Shown here in pieces: positions 1 to 8,891 of a stretch of 16,932 bases of DNA. Origin of the DNA: Bdellovibrionia bacterium (GTDB taxonomy: Bacteria; Bdellovibrionota; UBA1018). Positions within the stretch are counted from its first letter, which is position 1, and every line of letters starts with the position of its first letter. Under the pieces are notes generated by a model, which had not been told where the DNA came from, did no database searches, and worked only from the letters and a program-made list of their open reading frames with translations. The stretch spans positions 1-16,932 of the forward strand of contig JBJMMA010000211.1 of NCBI GenBank assembly GCA_045805065.1, in the 5' to 3' direction. Made by a program: the position numbers and the translations under genes.

Positions 1-491
1 CGAAGTTCAGTCCGATCGACTCGCTCAAAACCTGAGCCCAGGCGCTGCTCCAGGCGCTCGAGATAAACTTGCTCTTCTTCAGCGTGAGCAAAGGCCATTC
101 GGCCCGCTTGGATTGCGAGATCCAGCTTTCTGAAAAATCCGGTCTGACGTCTGAGTTTTTTGAGTTCCGGAAAACCCTGAGCGACGGCTGCGATCTTTCG
201 ATCCGCCAGAAGCATTCTCAAGATCTCCTGACGAGCGAGCGGCCCAACCACATGCTCCTTGGAAATCCCTGCTCCATCACCGGCATTCATGCGGGAGTAA
301 GAGACAATCCGGCGAGCAATATCATCGAGACTTGTGATCGCTTCACCCACAAAGCCCACGCCCTGATTCAGAAGCTCGGCTTTGATATCTTCGCGCGAAA
401 ACCCTGAGCCCACGCAAAGCCAGGCCTTGGGTCTGAGCCCAACCATCGACTCGATGGGAATATCCGGAAGTGAAGCAAGACGCGCGATCAT
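1..491 (-). CDS. N-terminal part of a protein running off the left edge; AddB/RexB-like (helicase-nuclease subunit B family), tentative
   Basis: Hand translation: ATG at 491-489 directly follows the purM TAA (494-492). The frame is open for 163 codons to the edge: MIARLASLPDIPIESMVGLRPKAWLCVGSGFSREDIKAELLNQGVGFVGEAITSLDDIARRIVSYSRMNAGDGAGISKEHVVGPLARQEILRMLLADRKIAAVAQGFPELKKLRRQTGFFRKLDLAIQAGRMAF... The blocks SLDDIARRIV / LARQEILRMLL / RRQTGFFRKL parallel AddB N-terminal blocks. It is absent from the ORF track because it has no stop in the window. Coding status is likely; the family call is less certain. Confidence 0.6.
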   Translation of the reverse strand, partial: MIARLASLPDIPIESMVGLRPKAWLCVGSGFSREDIKAELLNQGVGFVGEAITSLDDIARRIVSYSRMNAGDGAGISKEHVVGPLARQEILRMLLADRKIAAVAQGFPELKKLRRQTGFFRKLDLAIQAGRMAFAHAEEEQVYLERLEQRLGSGFERVDRTEL

Positions 492-1529
492 TTAACTGAT
501 AATGACACTTTGCTCGCCGTCATGCACGAGGACTTCGGACTCTTTTGCGCCTTTTCGGGTTTTCCTGACTTCTCCGATCACCCAGGCGCGCTCTCCGGCG
601 CGTTTTAATTTCTTGAGCACTTCGCTCTCTTTCCGAGGATCGACAATGGCCACCATGCCAATTCCCATATTGAAAGTCTGAGCAAGCTCAGCAAGTGGAA
701 GCCCCGAGCGCTCACGAATCCATTTAAAAACTGACGGAGCGTCATTCATCTCAGGCAGGCGAATCTCATAGCTTACCTTGCCAGACATGCGCGGCACGTT
801 CAAAAACGCAGAGCCTGTAATATGAGCGAGCCCCTTGAAAGCACGAGCCTGGATCAGTGGGCCCAATGCTTTTGCGTAAATCCGAGTCGGAGTCAAAAGT
901 TCACGAGCGCGCGCATCGGAATCGTCCTGTGCCAAAAGTTTTCTCAGCAAACTATAGCCATTGCTGTGCGGGCCACTGGATGCGATCCCGATCAAAGTAT
1001 CGCCAGGCTTGATGTCTTTTCGAGGAAGCGCGTCTTTTGGAGAAAGCTGACCTACGGCAAAGCCTCCGAGATCATACTCACCTTCCTGGTAAAACTCAGG
1101 CATCTGAGCCGTTTCACCACCGACTAAGGCGCACTTGGCCTGGCGGCAGCCTTCCACAATTCCTTTTAAAACCTGCTCAGCGGTTCCAGCTTCAAGCTTT
1201 CCCGTCGCTAGATAATCCAGAAAGAAAAGAGGTTCAGCTCCGACACAAAGCAAATCGTTGACTGACATCGCAACGAGATCAATGCCAACCGTCGAATGTT
1301 CCTTCAATCGAAAGGCAAGCTTCAGTTTTGTTCCGACTCCGTCGGTAGATGCCGCAAGCCAGCGCTTCTTATCCAGCTCATAAAGCGAGGCATAACCTCC
1401 GACCGCACCTTTGACTTTTTTATTGAGCGTGGTGCGCGCCATGCCAGAAATCTTATCGACAAGTCGGTCGGCTGCCGCACGATCCACTCCTGCCTGCGCA
1501 TAACTCAAGTTCCCCTCAAGAGCTGCCAT
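492..1529 (-). CDS. purM: phosphoribosylformylglycinamidine cyclo-ligase (AIR synthetase)
   Basis: Motifs SYAQAGVD, STDGVGTKL, GIDLVAMSVND, GAEPLFFLDY, GGETAQMP, SSGPHSNGYSL, LLTPTRIY and TFNMGIGM. SD-like AGAGG lies about 8 nt upstream of the ATG. Confidence 0.97.
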   Translation of the reverse strand: MAALEGNLSYAQAGVDRAAADRLVDKISGMARTTLNKKVKGAVGGYASLYELDKKRWLAASTDGVGTKLKLAFRLKEHSTVGIDLVAMSVNDLLCVGAEPLFFLDYLATGKLEAGTAEQVLKGIVEGCRQAKCALVGGETAQMPEFYQEGEYDLGGFAVGQLSPKDALPRKDIKPGDTLIGIASSGPHSNGYSLLRKLLAQDDSDARARELLTPTRIYAKALGPLIQARAFKGLAHITGSAFLNVPRMSGKVSYEIRLPEMNDAPSVFKWIRERSGLPLAELAQTFNMGIGMVAIVDPRKESEVLKKLKRAGERAWVIGEVRKTRKGAKESEVLVHDGEQSVIIS

Positions 1530-1553
1530 ATCGATTGCCTCTAGTTTTTGAAT

Positions 1554-3104
1554 CTAATGTTTGAAGTGTCTTGTGCCCGTAAAGACCATCGCCATGCCAT
1601 GCTGATCACAGGCTGCGATGCTTTCGGCGTCTTTCATGCTTCCGCCGGGCTGAATGATGTACTTGATCCCAGCCTCGTGTGCCGAATCAACCGTGTCGCG
1701 GAATGGAAAAAACGCATCACTCACCATAATGCAGCTCGAAAGATCTTTTCCGATGACAGAATGAGCGCGCGGAACGGCAAGTGCCTTCAAGGCTTCAATT
1801 CGGTTAGGCTGACCCTGGCCTGCGCCTACAAGTTGTGAGGCTCCCGGGATTCCTGGAATTTCTCGCACCAGTGCAATGGCGTTCGATTTCAAGGCGCGAC
1901 ATACTGAGATTCCAAAGCGGGAAAGTTTATCAAAGCCTTTAGGCCATGCGAGCTGGGTCACAGGCTTAAGATTTTCACCCACTCCCGTATCCGTGGTCTG
2001 GAAAAGTCTTCCACCAGGAACGGCAACCACTGATTGCTCTGGCATCTCGCCAAAACGACGAATGGCAACCGCCTTGAGATTTTTTCTGCGAGCAAGCAGA
2101 GTCTTCAAGGATACATTGTCCTTGGAAAGACCAGGCGCTGCCACAAGCTCAACAAACCGCTCGGAGAGCCAGCTTGCTACCTCAGGCTCAATTGCGTCAG
2201 TAAATACCAGAACTCCGCCAAACGCAGAGACCGGATCCCCTTCCCAGGCCTTTTCAAGGGCCTTCATCTGAGAGCCCGCACCCTTTGGAATCATCGCAAC
2301 GCCGCAAGGATTGTTATGTTTCACAATCACAACCGAGGTGCAGGCTGGATCGATCTGCACGAGATCACTTGCCAATGCATAGGCCGATGAGAGGTCTAAA
2401 ATATTATTGTAAGAGAGCTCAGTTGGAGTCAGTTCCGCTGCCCAATCAATCGGGCCATTCACATCATACTCGAGATGCCCCTTCTGATGAGGGTTCTCAC
2501 CATAACGAAGGACGCGCTTGCGTGACTCGCCCAGCTCTGCGGCAATCGCCGTGTCGTATTCCCAAACTCTCTGCCAGGCGCGACTTGCACAAGCATGAGC
2601 CGTTTCTGCGCTCACAGCTCCGCCACTCGAGAGCTCGCTGATCACCGATCCATACTGAGCAGGATCCGTTAGAACCAGGACATCAGGTGCGTTCTTGGCG
2701 GCTGCGCGGACCATAGTAGGTCCGCCGATATCGACTTCCTCGATCAGCTCTTTGCGTGAGATCCCCTCTTTTGCCGCGGCTGCTTCAAAAGGGTAGAAAT
2801 TCACCACGACGCAATCGATGGGAACGATATTGAGCTTCTTCAGATCCGCTTCATCTGAAGCATCGCCGCGGCGATACAAAATGCCGCTGCAAACCGGAAA
2901 AGAAAGCGTCTTCATTCGGCCCTGAAAAGCCTCAGGACTTCCTGAGACTTTCTCGATAGGCGTAATCGTCAAGCCTGCATCCATGAGAACCTTTGCGGTT
3001 CGTCCTGTTGCAACAAGCTCCGCTCCTGATTTTGCGAGAGCCTGTCCCAGCTCTACGATTCCGGTCTTATCGGATACGCTAAGAAGTGCTCTCCTGATTT
3101 TCAT
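1554..3104 (-). CDS. purH: bifunctional AICAR transformylase / IMP cyclohydrolase
   Basis: Motifs RALLSVSDKTG, VVVNFYPF, DIGGPTMVRAAAKN, LRYGENPHQ, LSYNNILD, KHNNPCG, DPVSAFGG, SDAFFPFRD, IIQPGGS and C-terminal TGTRHFKH. ATGA overlap with the purQ stop. Confidence 0.97.
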   Translation of the reverse strand: MKIRRALLSVSDKTGIVELGQALAKSGAELVATGRTAKVLMDAGLTITPIEKVSGSPEAFQGRMKTLSFPVCSGILYRRGDASDEADLKKLNIVPIDCVVVNFYPFEAAAAKEGISRKELIEEVDIGGPTMVRAAAKNAPDVLVLTDPAQYGSVISELSSGGAVSAETAHACASRAWQRVWEYDTAIAAELGESRKRVLRYGENPHQKGHLEYDVNGPIDWAAELTPTELSYNNILDLSSAYALASDLVQIDPACTSVVIVKHNNPCGVAMIPKGAGSQMKALEKAWEGDPVSAFGGVLVFTDAIEPEVASWLSERFVELVAAPGLSKDNVSLKTLLARRKNLKAVAIRRFGEMPEQSVVAVPGGRLFQTTDTGVGENLKPVTQLAWPKGFDKLSRFGISVCRALKSNAIALVREIPGIPGASQLVGAGQGQPNRIEALKALAVPRAHSVIGKDLSSCIMVSDAFFPFRDTVDSAHEAGIKYIIQPGGSMKDAESIAACDQHGMAMVFTGTRHFKH

Positions 3105-3865
3105 TTTGCGCTCAAAGCCTCTTTGTAAGCGTTCTCAAAGATTGCAAGACCCTGGCCTGGCGAATTGGCTCGACCTGGCTGCTGCGTCCACTCAGGATGC
3201 GCAGTCCAGCGAACAAATGCCTCAGGATGCGGCATCAGGCCAAAGATTCGGCCCGAAGCATCGCAAAGGCCTGCGAGCTGCTCATCGCTTCCGTTTGGAT
3301 CGCCATCGTATTTCAAGCAAGTCATGCCAAGGCGGTTCATCTTGCTCAGGACTTCAGCCCGACGCGATGGAGCGATGATCACGCGTCCCTCGCCATGTCG
3401 GATCGGAAGATCAAACGTTCCCAAACCCTTGAGCCAGATACACTGAGAGCCCATCGGAGTGGTCTTGATCCACGTATCCAGGAACTTGCCCTTCGCATTG
3501 TGGGTAATGGAAATGTCCTTTCCAAAAACTCCCATGCGAATCAGTGCCTGAAAACCATTGCAGATCCCGATCACCAGACCGCCACGGCTCGCGAAAGCAT
3601 CCAGATCCCAGCCGAGTTTGTAACGAAGCTTGAGCGCCAGAACTTTTCCCGAAGTCAGATCGTCTCCGAAGGAAAATCCGCCAGGAAGCGCAAGAGTCGT
3701 ATAGCGACGAGCCAGATCATCCAAGCGCATCTGATCCGTGATCAGATCATTGAGGTGTCTGATCTCCGCATCAAAGCCTGCCATGCGCAGCGCTTGCGCG
3801 GTTTCTGTTTCGCAGTTGATTCCATCCCCGGTAATGACCAGGGCTTTGGGACTATTCGCACTCAT
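3101..3865 (-). CDS. purQ: FGAM synthase glutaminase subunit (254 aa)
   Basis: Motifs GDGINCE, PGGFSFGDDL, GICNGFQ (catalytic Cys), PIRHGEG and GLMPHPE (His/Glu of the triad). Start moved to ATG 3865, which overlaps the purL TGA (ATGA), rather than 3889 in the ORF track. Confidence 0.96.
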   Translation of the reverse strand: MSANSPKALVITGDGINCETETAQALRMAGFDAEIRHLNDLITDQMRLDDLARRYTTLALPGGFSFGDDLTSGKVLALKLRYKLGWDLDAFASRGGLVIGICNGFQALIRMGVFGKDISITHNAKGKFLDTWIKTTPMGSQCIWLKGLGTFDLPIRHGEGRVIIAPSRRAEVLSKMNRLGMTCLKYDGDPNGSDEQLAGLCDASGRIFGLMPHPEAFVRWTAHPEWTQQPGRANSPGQGLAIFENAYKEALSAK

Positions 3866-6800
3866 TCCCAGTACCCGCCTTTTTGCCAAGCCAGTCTCAA
3901 TTGTTTCACGCTGACGCTGAAACGAGCTGGGGTTGAAGTTTTCATAGAAGGTGAACGCATTGCTGCAACTTCAAGCCGATCCGTTGCCGTGACCGTTCCA
4001 AGCTTCACGAACGGAACCGCGAGAGTCGTCATTTCTGCCTCAATAATCGAAGCATCCGCCTCATTGGCCGAAGCGATGAACGAGTGGAAGCCCTCACCAA
4101 ATGCGAACTCCCAAGGGTCCATCTCGCCAGGCAATGTGATCGTTGCGCCCAGTCCGCGCGCAATCAGGCACTCTGACAAAGCCACAAGAAGACCGCCTTC
4201 AGAAACGTCATGAAGCGACCTGAGCCTGCGATGCTCTTGTCCGGTTGCACCTCCAAGCCAGCTGAAAATGCGACGCGCTTCGGTCCAGTTTGGCTCCCCT
4301 GCTCGCGCCGACTTTGCGTGCGTTGGCATCATCGACAAGAACTCCGAGCCTAAAAGACCGAACTGATGACCACCGATGAGGTAAATCACGTCGCCCGGAC
4401 GCTTGAAATCCGCCGTACGCGCATATCGAACGTCTGCCATCTTTCCAACTGCTGTCATCAGAAGCGTTGGAGGAACAGAAATCGTGACAGGCTTCCCGTC
4501 CTTGCGGCCACGGAAGTCGTTCTTCATGCTGTCTTTTCCAGAAACCAGCGGGAGTGACAGAGCCAAAGCGGCATCGCGCATACCAAAGCAGGCGCGAACC
4601 AATGCTGCGGCTTTTTCGGTGTCATTCACTGGATCGGGCCAGCAGAAGTTATCCACGAGAGCCAGAACAGATTCGTCGCGACCAAACTCCCCGCCGACAC
4701 AAAGGACGTTTCGGACTGCCTCATCCACAACGGCTTGCGCCATCAGGAAAGGATCGACGTCCGAGAGCTTAGGATTGATTCCGCAACCCACGACAAGCCC
4801 TGCTTCGGAGTTCGCCTTAGGCTTGAGAACCGCAGCATCGTTTGGACCGCTTGAAGATTCAGCCGTGCCAGGAGCCACCGTATGAAGTGGCTTCACGACG
4901 GATGTTCCTTGCACTTCATGGTCGTACTGACGAATCAGCCACTCTTTGGAAGCGATATTCGGTCTTCCCATGAGCTCAAGAAGCGCTGGCATTCCTTTGA
5001 TTTCAAAGGAGCGATAAGTGTCTTCGGTTGGAGACGGAGGCGTGGACTCCACGCGACCTTTCCACTCGGCCTGAAGCTCAAGCTTTGGAGCACCATCGTG
5101 CAAGAAATCCAGATCGAGTGATCCGACGATCTTCTCGCCATAAAGAATTTCAAACTTGCCGCTAGTGGTGAACTCACCCAAGTCACTCACTTCAACGCCA
5201 CGACGCTGAGCCAGTTCCATGAAAAGCGAAAGCTTCTCAGGAGGAACCGCAATCGTCATACGTTCTTGGGATTCGCTGACCACAAGCTCATAGGGTTTCA
5301 GTCCAGGATACTTGATCTTGGCCTGACTGACATCCATCCGGGCGCCGCCCGAAATGCGAGCCATCTCTCCCACCGAGGAAGAAAGTCCGCCTGCACCATT
5401 ATCCGTCAGCGCGCGATAGTAACCTAAGTCGCGAGCTTCAAGAAGGAAGTCTGCCATGCGCTTCTGGGTGATTGGATCACCAAGCTGCACAGCACTTACA
5501 GGCGATGCCTCATCCAGTGCCATGGACGAAAACGTCGCGCCATGGATTCCATCTTTTCCAATTCGTCCGCCCACCATGCAGATCCGATCGCCGGGTGCGA
5601 CTTCCTTGGATTCGCAAGGGCGACCTGCGATCGTACGCGGCATAAAGCCACCCGTACCGCAGTAAACCAATGGCTTACCCAAATAGCGCTCTTCGAAAAC
5701 CAGTGCGCCGTTCACGGTTGGAATCCCGCTCTTGTTTCCGCCGTGCTCCACGCCGCGACGAACGCCGTCCAAAATACGGCGAGGATGCATCAAACGGTCC
5801 GGAAGTTTATCGGCATAATCCAGAGGCGCAACACAGAACACATCAGTGTTGAAGATCGGTTTTGCTCCGAGACCACAACCTAAGATATCGCGGTTCACAC
5901 CTACGATACCCGTCAGTGCTCCACCATAAGGATCGAGTGCGGAAGGACTGTTATGAGTCTCGACTTTGATGCAGAACGCATCTTCTTCGTCAAAGGCAAC
6001 GATTCCTGCGTTGTCATGGAAAACGGAAAGCAGCCAGGGCTTTTCCAGGCGCTTGGTTGTTCCAGCAACTGTCGTCTTAAAGAGCGAATCAATCTGAGAT
6101 GGAATCGGCTCTCCCGCAGAAAGCGTCTTCTCGCCAGCTTTCTCGGTGTAGTTGATCTTGGCGCCAAAAATCTTGTGCTTGCAGTGCTCTGACCAGGTCT
6201 GAGCGATGACTTCCATCTCGACGTCGGTCGCAGCCTTGCCGCGCTTTTTGAAATAATCCTGAACAGCGCGCATCTCCGCAACAGAGAGTGCCCAAAGGCG
6301 CTCCTGGCTCATCTGCTCAAGCTCAGAATCGCTTAAGTTCTCGAGCGAGTACTCGGCGACTTCTTCCGAGCCGCGCATGAGCATCTTTGGAAGATCGCGC
6401 TTGATGCGCTCCTGATGGAAGCGATTATTGTTCTTGAGCTCACTCTCAGGAATGATGGTCCAGGTCTCAATGAGCTCGTTACAGAACACATCGCGAGCCA
6501 CGACCGAGAGCATGTCTTCGGTGAGTTCTGCGCCTTCCAAAAGAAGAATCCCGCCGCTCGCAAAGCGAGAATCCGGAAATTTCTTTCCAAGAACGATCTC
6601 AAAAGCCTCAGACGCCGTCTTTGCGACGTTATCGGTCACGCCGCCGCGGAATCTGCGCTCAAGCGCCCAGAATTTTCCAGGGCGATTGGGAGCAACCTCC
6701 ATAAGATCTTGCATGCCGCCATGTTTGCCGGCAGCCGATGGAATCAGGTTTCCGGTAAACATCCACTGAAGGACCTTGTCCCAGAACACTTCGGTGGATG

Positions 6801-6975
6801 CGCGGATCAGATCCTCGCGCGTTGCCGCAAGATCCATCCAATACACATCGAGAAGTCTGCCCCAACGAATCTTGGAGCGGATCTCAGGATGCGCCATCTC
6901 AATTTTTCTTAAAATTCCCTGCACCGCTGGATCGGTAAACTCGGGCCGCATGGCCACTTCAATACGGGCGAACAC
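3862..6975 (-). CDS. purL: FGAM synthase synthetase subunit with fused tandem N-terminal PurS-like domains (1037 aa)
   Basis: Motifs QTWSEHCKHKIF, KVETHNSPSALDPYGGA, GNKSGIPTVNG, VQLGDPITQK, DNGAGGLSSS, SESQERM, QYDHEVQ and HDVSEGGL. GTG start with AGGAGG 4 nt upstream, inside the purN 3' end. There is no glutaminase domain because purQ is separate. Confidence 0.96.
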   Translation of the reverse strand: MFARIEVAMRPEFTDPAVQGILRKIEMAHPEIRSKIRWGRLLDVYWMDLAATREDLIRASTEVFWDKVLQWMFTGNLIPSAAGKHGGMQDLMEVAPNRPGKFWALERRFRGGVTDNVAKTASEAFEIVLGKKFPDSRFASGGILLLEGAELTEDMLSVVARDVFCNELIETWTIIPESELKNNNRFHQERIKRDLPKMLMRGSEEVAEYSLENLSDSELEQMSQERLWALSVAEMRAVQDYFKKRGKAATDVEMEVIAQTWSEHCKHKIFGAKINYTEKAGEKTLSAGEPIPSQIDSLFKTTVAGTTKRLEKPWLLSVFHDNAGIVAFDEEDAFCIKVETHNSPSALDPYGGALTGIVGVNRDILGCGLGAKPIFNTDVFCVAPLDYADKLPDRLMHPRRILDGVRRGVEHGGNKSGIPTVNGALVFEERYLGKPLVYCGTGGFMPRTIAGRPCESKEVAPGDRICMVGGRIGKDGIHGATFSSMALDEASPVSAVQLGDPITQKRMADFLLEARDLGYYRALTDNGAGGLSSSVGEMARISGGARMDVSQAKIKYPGLKPYELVVSESQERMTIAVPPEKLSLFMELAQRRGVEVSDLGEFTTSGKFEILYGEKIVGSLDLDFLHDGAPKLELQAEWKGRVESTPPSPTEDTYRSFEIKGMPALLELMGRPNIASKEWLIRQYDHEVQGTSVVKPLHTVAPGTAESSSGPNDAAVLKPKANSEAGLVVGCGINPKLSDVDPFLMAQAVVDEAVRNVLCVGGEFGRDESVLALVDNFCWPDPVNDTEKAAALVRACFGMRDAALALSLPLVSGKDSMKNDFRGRKDGKPVTISVPPTLLMTAVGKMADVRYARTADFKRPGDVIYLIGGHQFGLLGSEFLSMMPTHAKSARAGEPNWTEARRIFSWLGGATGQEHRRLRSLHDVSEGGLLVALSECLIARGLGATITLPGEMDPWEFAFGEGFHSFIASANEADASIIEAEMTTLAVPFVKLGTVTATDRLEVAAMRSPSMKTSTPARFSVSVKQLRLAWQKGGYWE

Positions 6976-7603
6976 AAAGCCTCCTAGCTGCTTTTGCTGT
7001 CTCTCTCAATTCAATATCAAACTTTTCCGGGAGCACCCAAGACAAGGTCTCAGGATAAAGTTTCTGCTCCAATGCTTTTCCCTTTTCCTCGACTTCAGCC
7101 TCAGAGCGAAGTCCATCGATCGGGAAAGCGACTTGTGCGCAAATCGGTCCGCTATCAACCTCAAGCTCCACAAGATGTACGGTCGCACCTGCTACCTTAG
7201 TCCCGTACCGAAAGGCTTGAGCATAAGCTCCAACGCCTGGGAACGAGGGCAGAAGAGACGGGTGAATATTCACGACGCGTGCATATCCCCGCTCGCTTCG
7301 AAAGCTTTCCAAAAGCTTCGACGACACGATTCGCATGTATCCTGCCATTACCAAAAATCGGGGCTGAAGAGGCAGAATTTCGGATAAAATTCGCTCATCA
7401 TGTGCAGCTCTTGACTCGCCTTGCGCCTTTGGAACCAGGATCGTTTTAATGCCACGGTTCCGAGCTTTCTCAAGCACTCGGGCTGCTGGCTGATCGCAAA
7501 CCACTCCTCGAATTTCGGCATCCAGGCGACCGGCCTGAACAGCATCAGCAATCGACTCAAATCCGCTTCCTGTGCCTGAGGCAAAGATCACGATAGGAAT
7601 CAT
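6959..7603 (-). CDS. purN: phosphoribosylglycinamide formyltransferase (GAR transformylase)
   Basis: Motifs IFASGTGS, MAGYMRI, VNIHPSLLPSFPG (catalytic Asn/His), GATVHLV and VDSGPI (catalytic Asp). ATGA overlap with the purD stop. Confidence 0.96.
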   Translation of the reverse strand: MIPIVIFASGTGSGFESIADAVQAGRLDAEIRGVVCDQPAARVLEKARNRGIKTILVPKAQGESRAAHDERILSEILPLQPRFLVMAGYMRIVSSKLLESFRSERGYARVVNIHPSLLPSFPGVGAYAQAFRYGTKVAGATVHLVELEVDSGPICAQVAFPIDGLRSEAEVEEKGKALEQKLYPETLSWVLPEKFDIELRETAKAARRLCVRPY

Positions 7604-8889
7604 GACTGAGGCCTCATGACACCGATGTCGGATCGAAAGTGCATTCCTTCAAACTGAACGCGACGAATTCTCTGATAGGCTTGATCCCGAGCGTCACGAA
7701 GAGAAGGCCCCGTTCCTACCGCGCCCAAGACTCGTCCGCCGCTGGTTTGAAGCTCTTTTGAGCCTGGCTTACGAGTCACGCCTGCGCAGAAATACTCAGG
7801 CGCCTCAAGCCGCGCAGCTGAAATCACGGCTCCTTTTTCAGGCTTCTCCGGATAGCCGCGAGCAGCTGCAACGATGATCACGGCAGACTCTGGAGAAAAC
7901 TTCACATCCCCATCCCGTTTCGATAGCTCACCCTTTGCGACCGCCTCGCACCAATCATAAAGATCATCATCCATCCGGGCGAGAACGACCTGAGTTTCAG
8001 GATCACCAAAGCGGCAGTTAAACTCAAGAACCCAAAGCTTGTTGCGGGAAAAGTCCACCATGAGTCCCGCAAAGAGCACGCCCTTGAACGGAACCCCGCG
8101 GCGTTTCATCTCAGCGAGCGTAGGAAGAAAAACTTCATACTTCACGCGCTCTGCAAAACCCACTGGAACACCTGGTACAGGACTGAATGCGCCCATGCCC
8201 CCGGTATTAGGTCCCTGATTTTGATCAAAGATGCGTTTGTGATCACGAGCGGGCTCAAGGAGCGCACAATTCTCGCCATCACTGAAAGCAAACCAGGAGA
8301 TTTCCTCTCCCTGAAGACGCTCTTCAATCACCAGTTTCTTTGCTGAGCTTCCCAAAGCTTGGAGCGAATCAATTGCAGCAAGCGCTTCGTCACGACTCTC
8401 GCAGACATAAACGCCTTTTCCAAAGGCAAGTCCATCAGCCTTGATCACCCAGCCGGATCCCCACTCAACGGACTTCAGAAACTCGCGCGCAGCCGGAGCC
8501 GACTCGAACACTTCAAATCTTGCCGTCGGAACGCCTGCGGCGTGCATGATATCTTTCGCAAAAGCCTTACTGGCCTCAATCTTCGCAGCGGCGGCACGAG
8601 GTCCAAAGCAGAGAATGCCTGCGTCTTCCAGAACGTCGACAATTCCATCAGCCAGTTGATTATCAGGCCCGATGACTGCGAGATCCACTTTCTCGGCACG
8701 AGCGCGCTCAGCGAGCGCCGCAAAATCCGCACGTGTTGAAATCGGTAAGTTCCAGCGCTCCCACTGAGAAGACATCCCATCATTACCCGGGACGATGATG
8801 AGCCGCGATACTTTGGAAGACTGAGAAAGCTTCCAAGCCAGGGCATGCTCACGACCGCCTGATCCAACAACAAGAACAGTCTTCTTCAT
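7600..8889 (-). CDS. purD: phosphoribosylamine--glycine ligase (GAR synthetase), 429 aa
   Basis: Motifs VLVVGSGGREHALAWKL, IEASKAFAK, VIKADGLAFGKGV, DHKR, GPNTGGMGAFSP, LEFNCRFGDPETQ, TSGGRVL and FRSDIG. Start placed at ATG 8889 (MKKTVLVVG), 2 nt after the purC stop. Confidence 0.97.
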   Translation of the reverse strand: MKKTVLVVGSGGREHALAWKLSQSSKVSRLIIVPGNDGMSSQWERWNLPISTRADFAALAERARAEKVDLAVIGPDNQLADGIVDVLEDAGILCFGPRAAAAKIEASKAFAKDIMHAAGVPTARFEVFESAPAAREFLKSVEWGSGWVIKADGLAFGKGVYVCESRDEALAAIDSLQALGSSAKKLVIEERLQGEEISWFAFSDGENCALLEPARDHKRIFDQNQGPNTGGMGAFSPVPGVPVGFAERVKYEVFLPTLAEMKRRGVPFKGVLFAGLMVDFSRNKLWVLEFNCRFGDPETQVVLARMDDDLYDWCEAVAKGELSKRDGDVKFSPESAVIIVAAARGYPEKPEKGAVISAARLEAPEYFCAGVTRKPGSKELQTSGGRVLGAVGTGPSLRDARDQAYQRIRRVQFEGMHFRSDIGVMRPQS

Positions 8890-8891
8890 AG

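Noticed and set aside
69..407. 112-aa plus-strand ORF from the track
   Set aside because: TTG start without SD, no recognisable motif, and it lies antisense to the longer open minus-strand frame coupled to purM.
3197..4213. 338-aa plus-strand ORF, and the other antisense or alternate-frame ORFs over the pur genes
   Set aside because: They lie wholly opposite or within well-conserved genes and have no motifs. They are best explained as shadow ORFs from codon bias.
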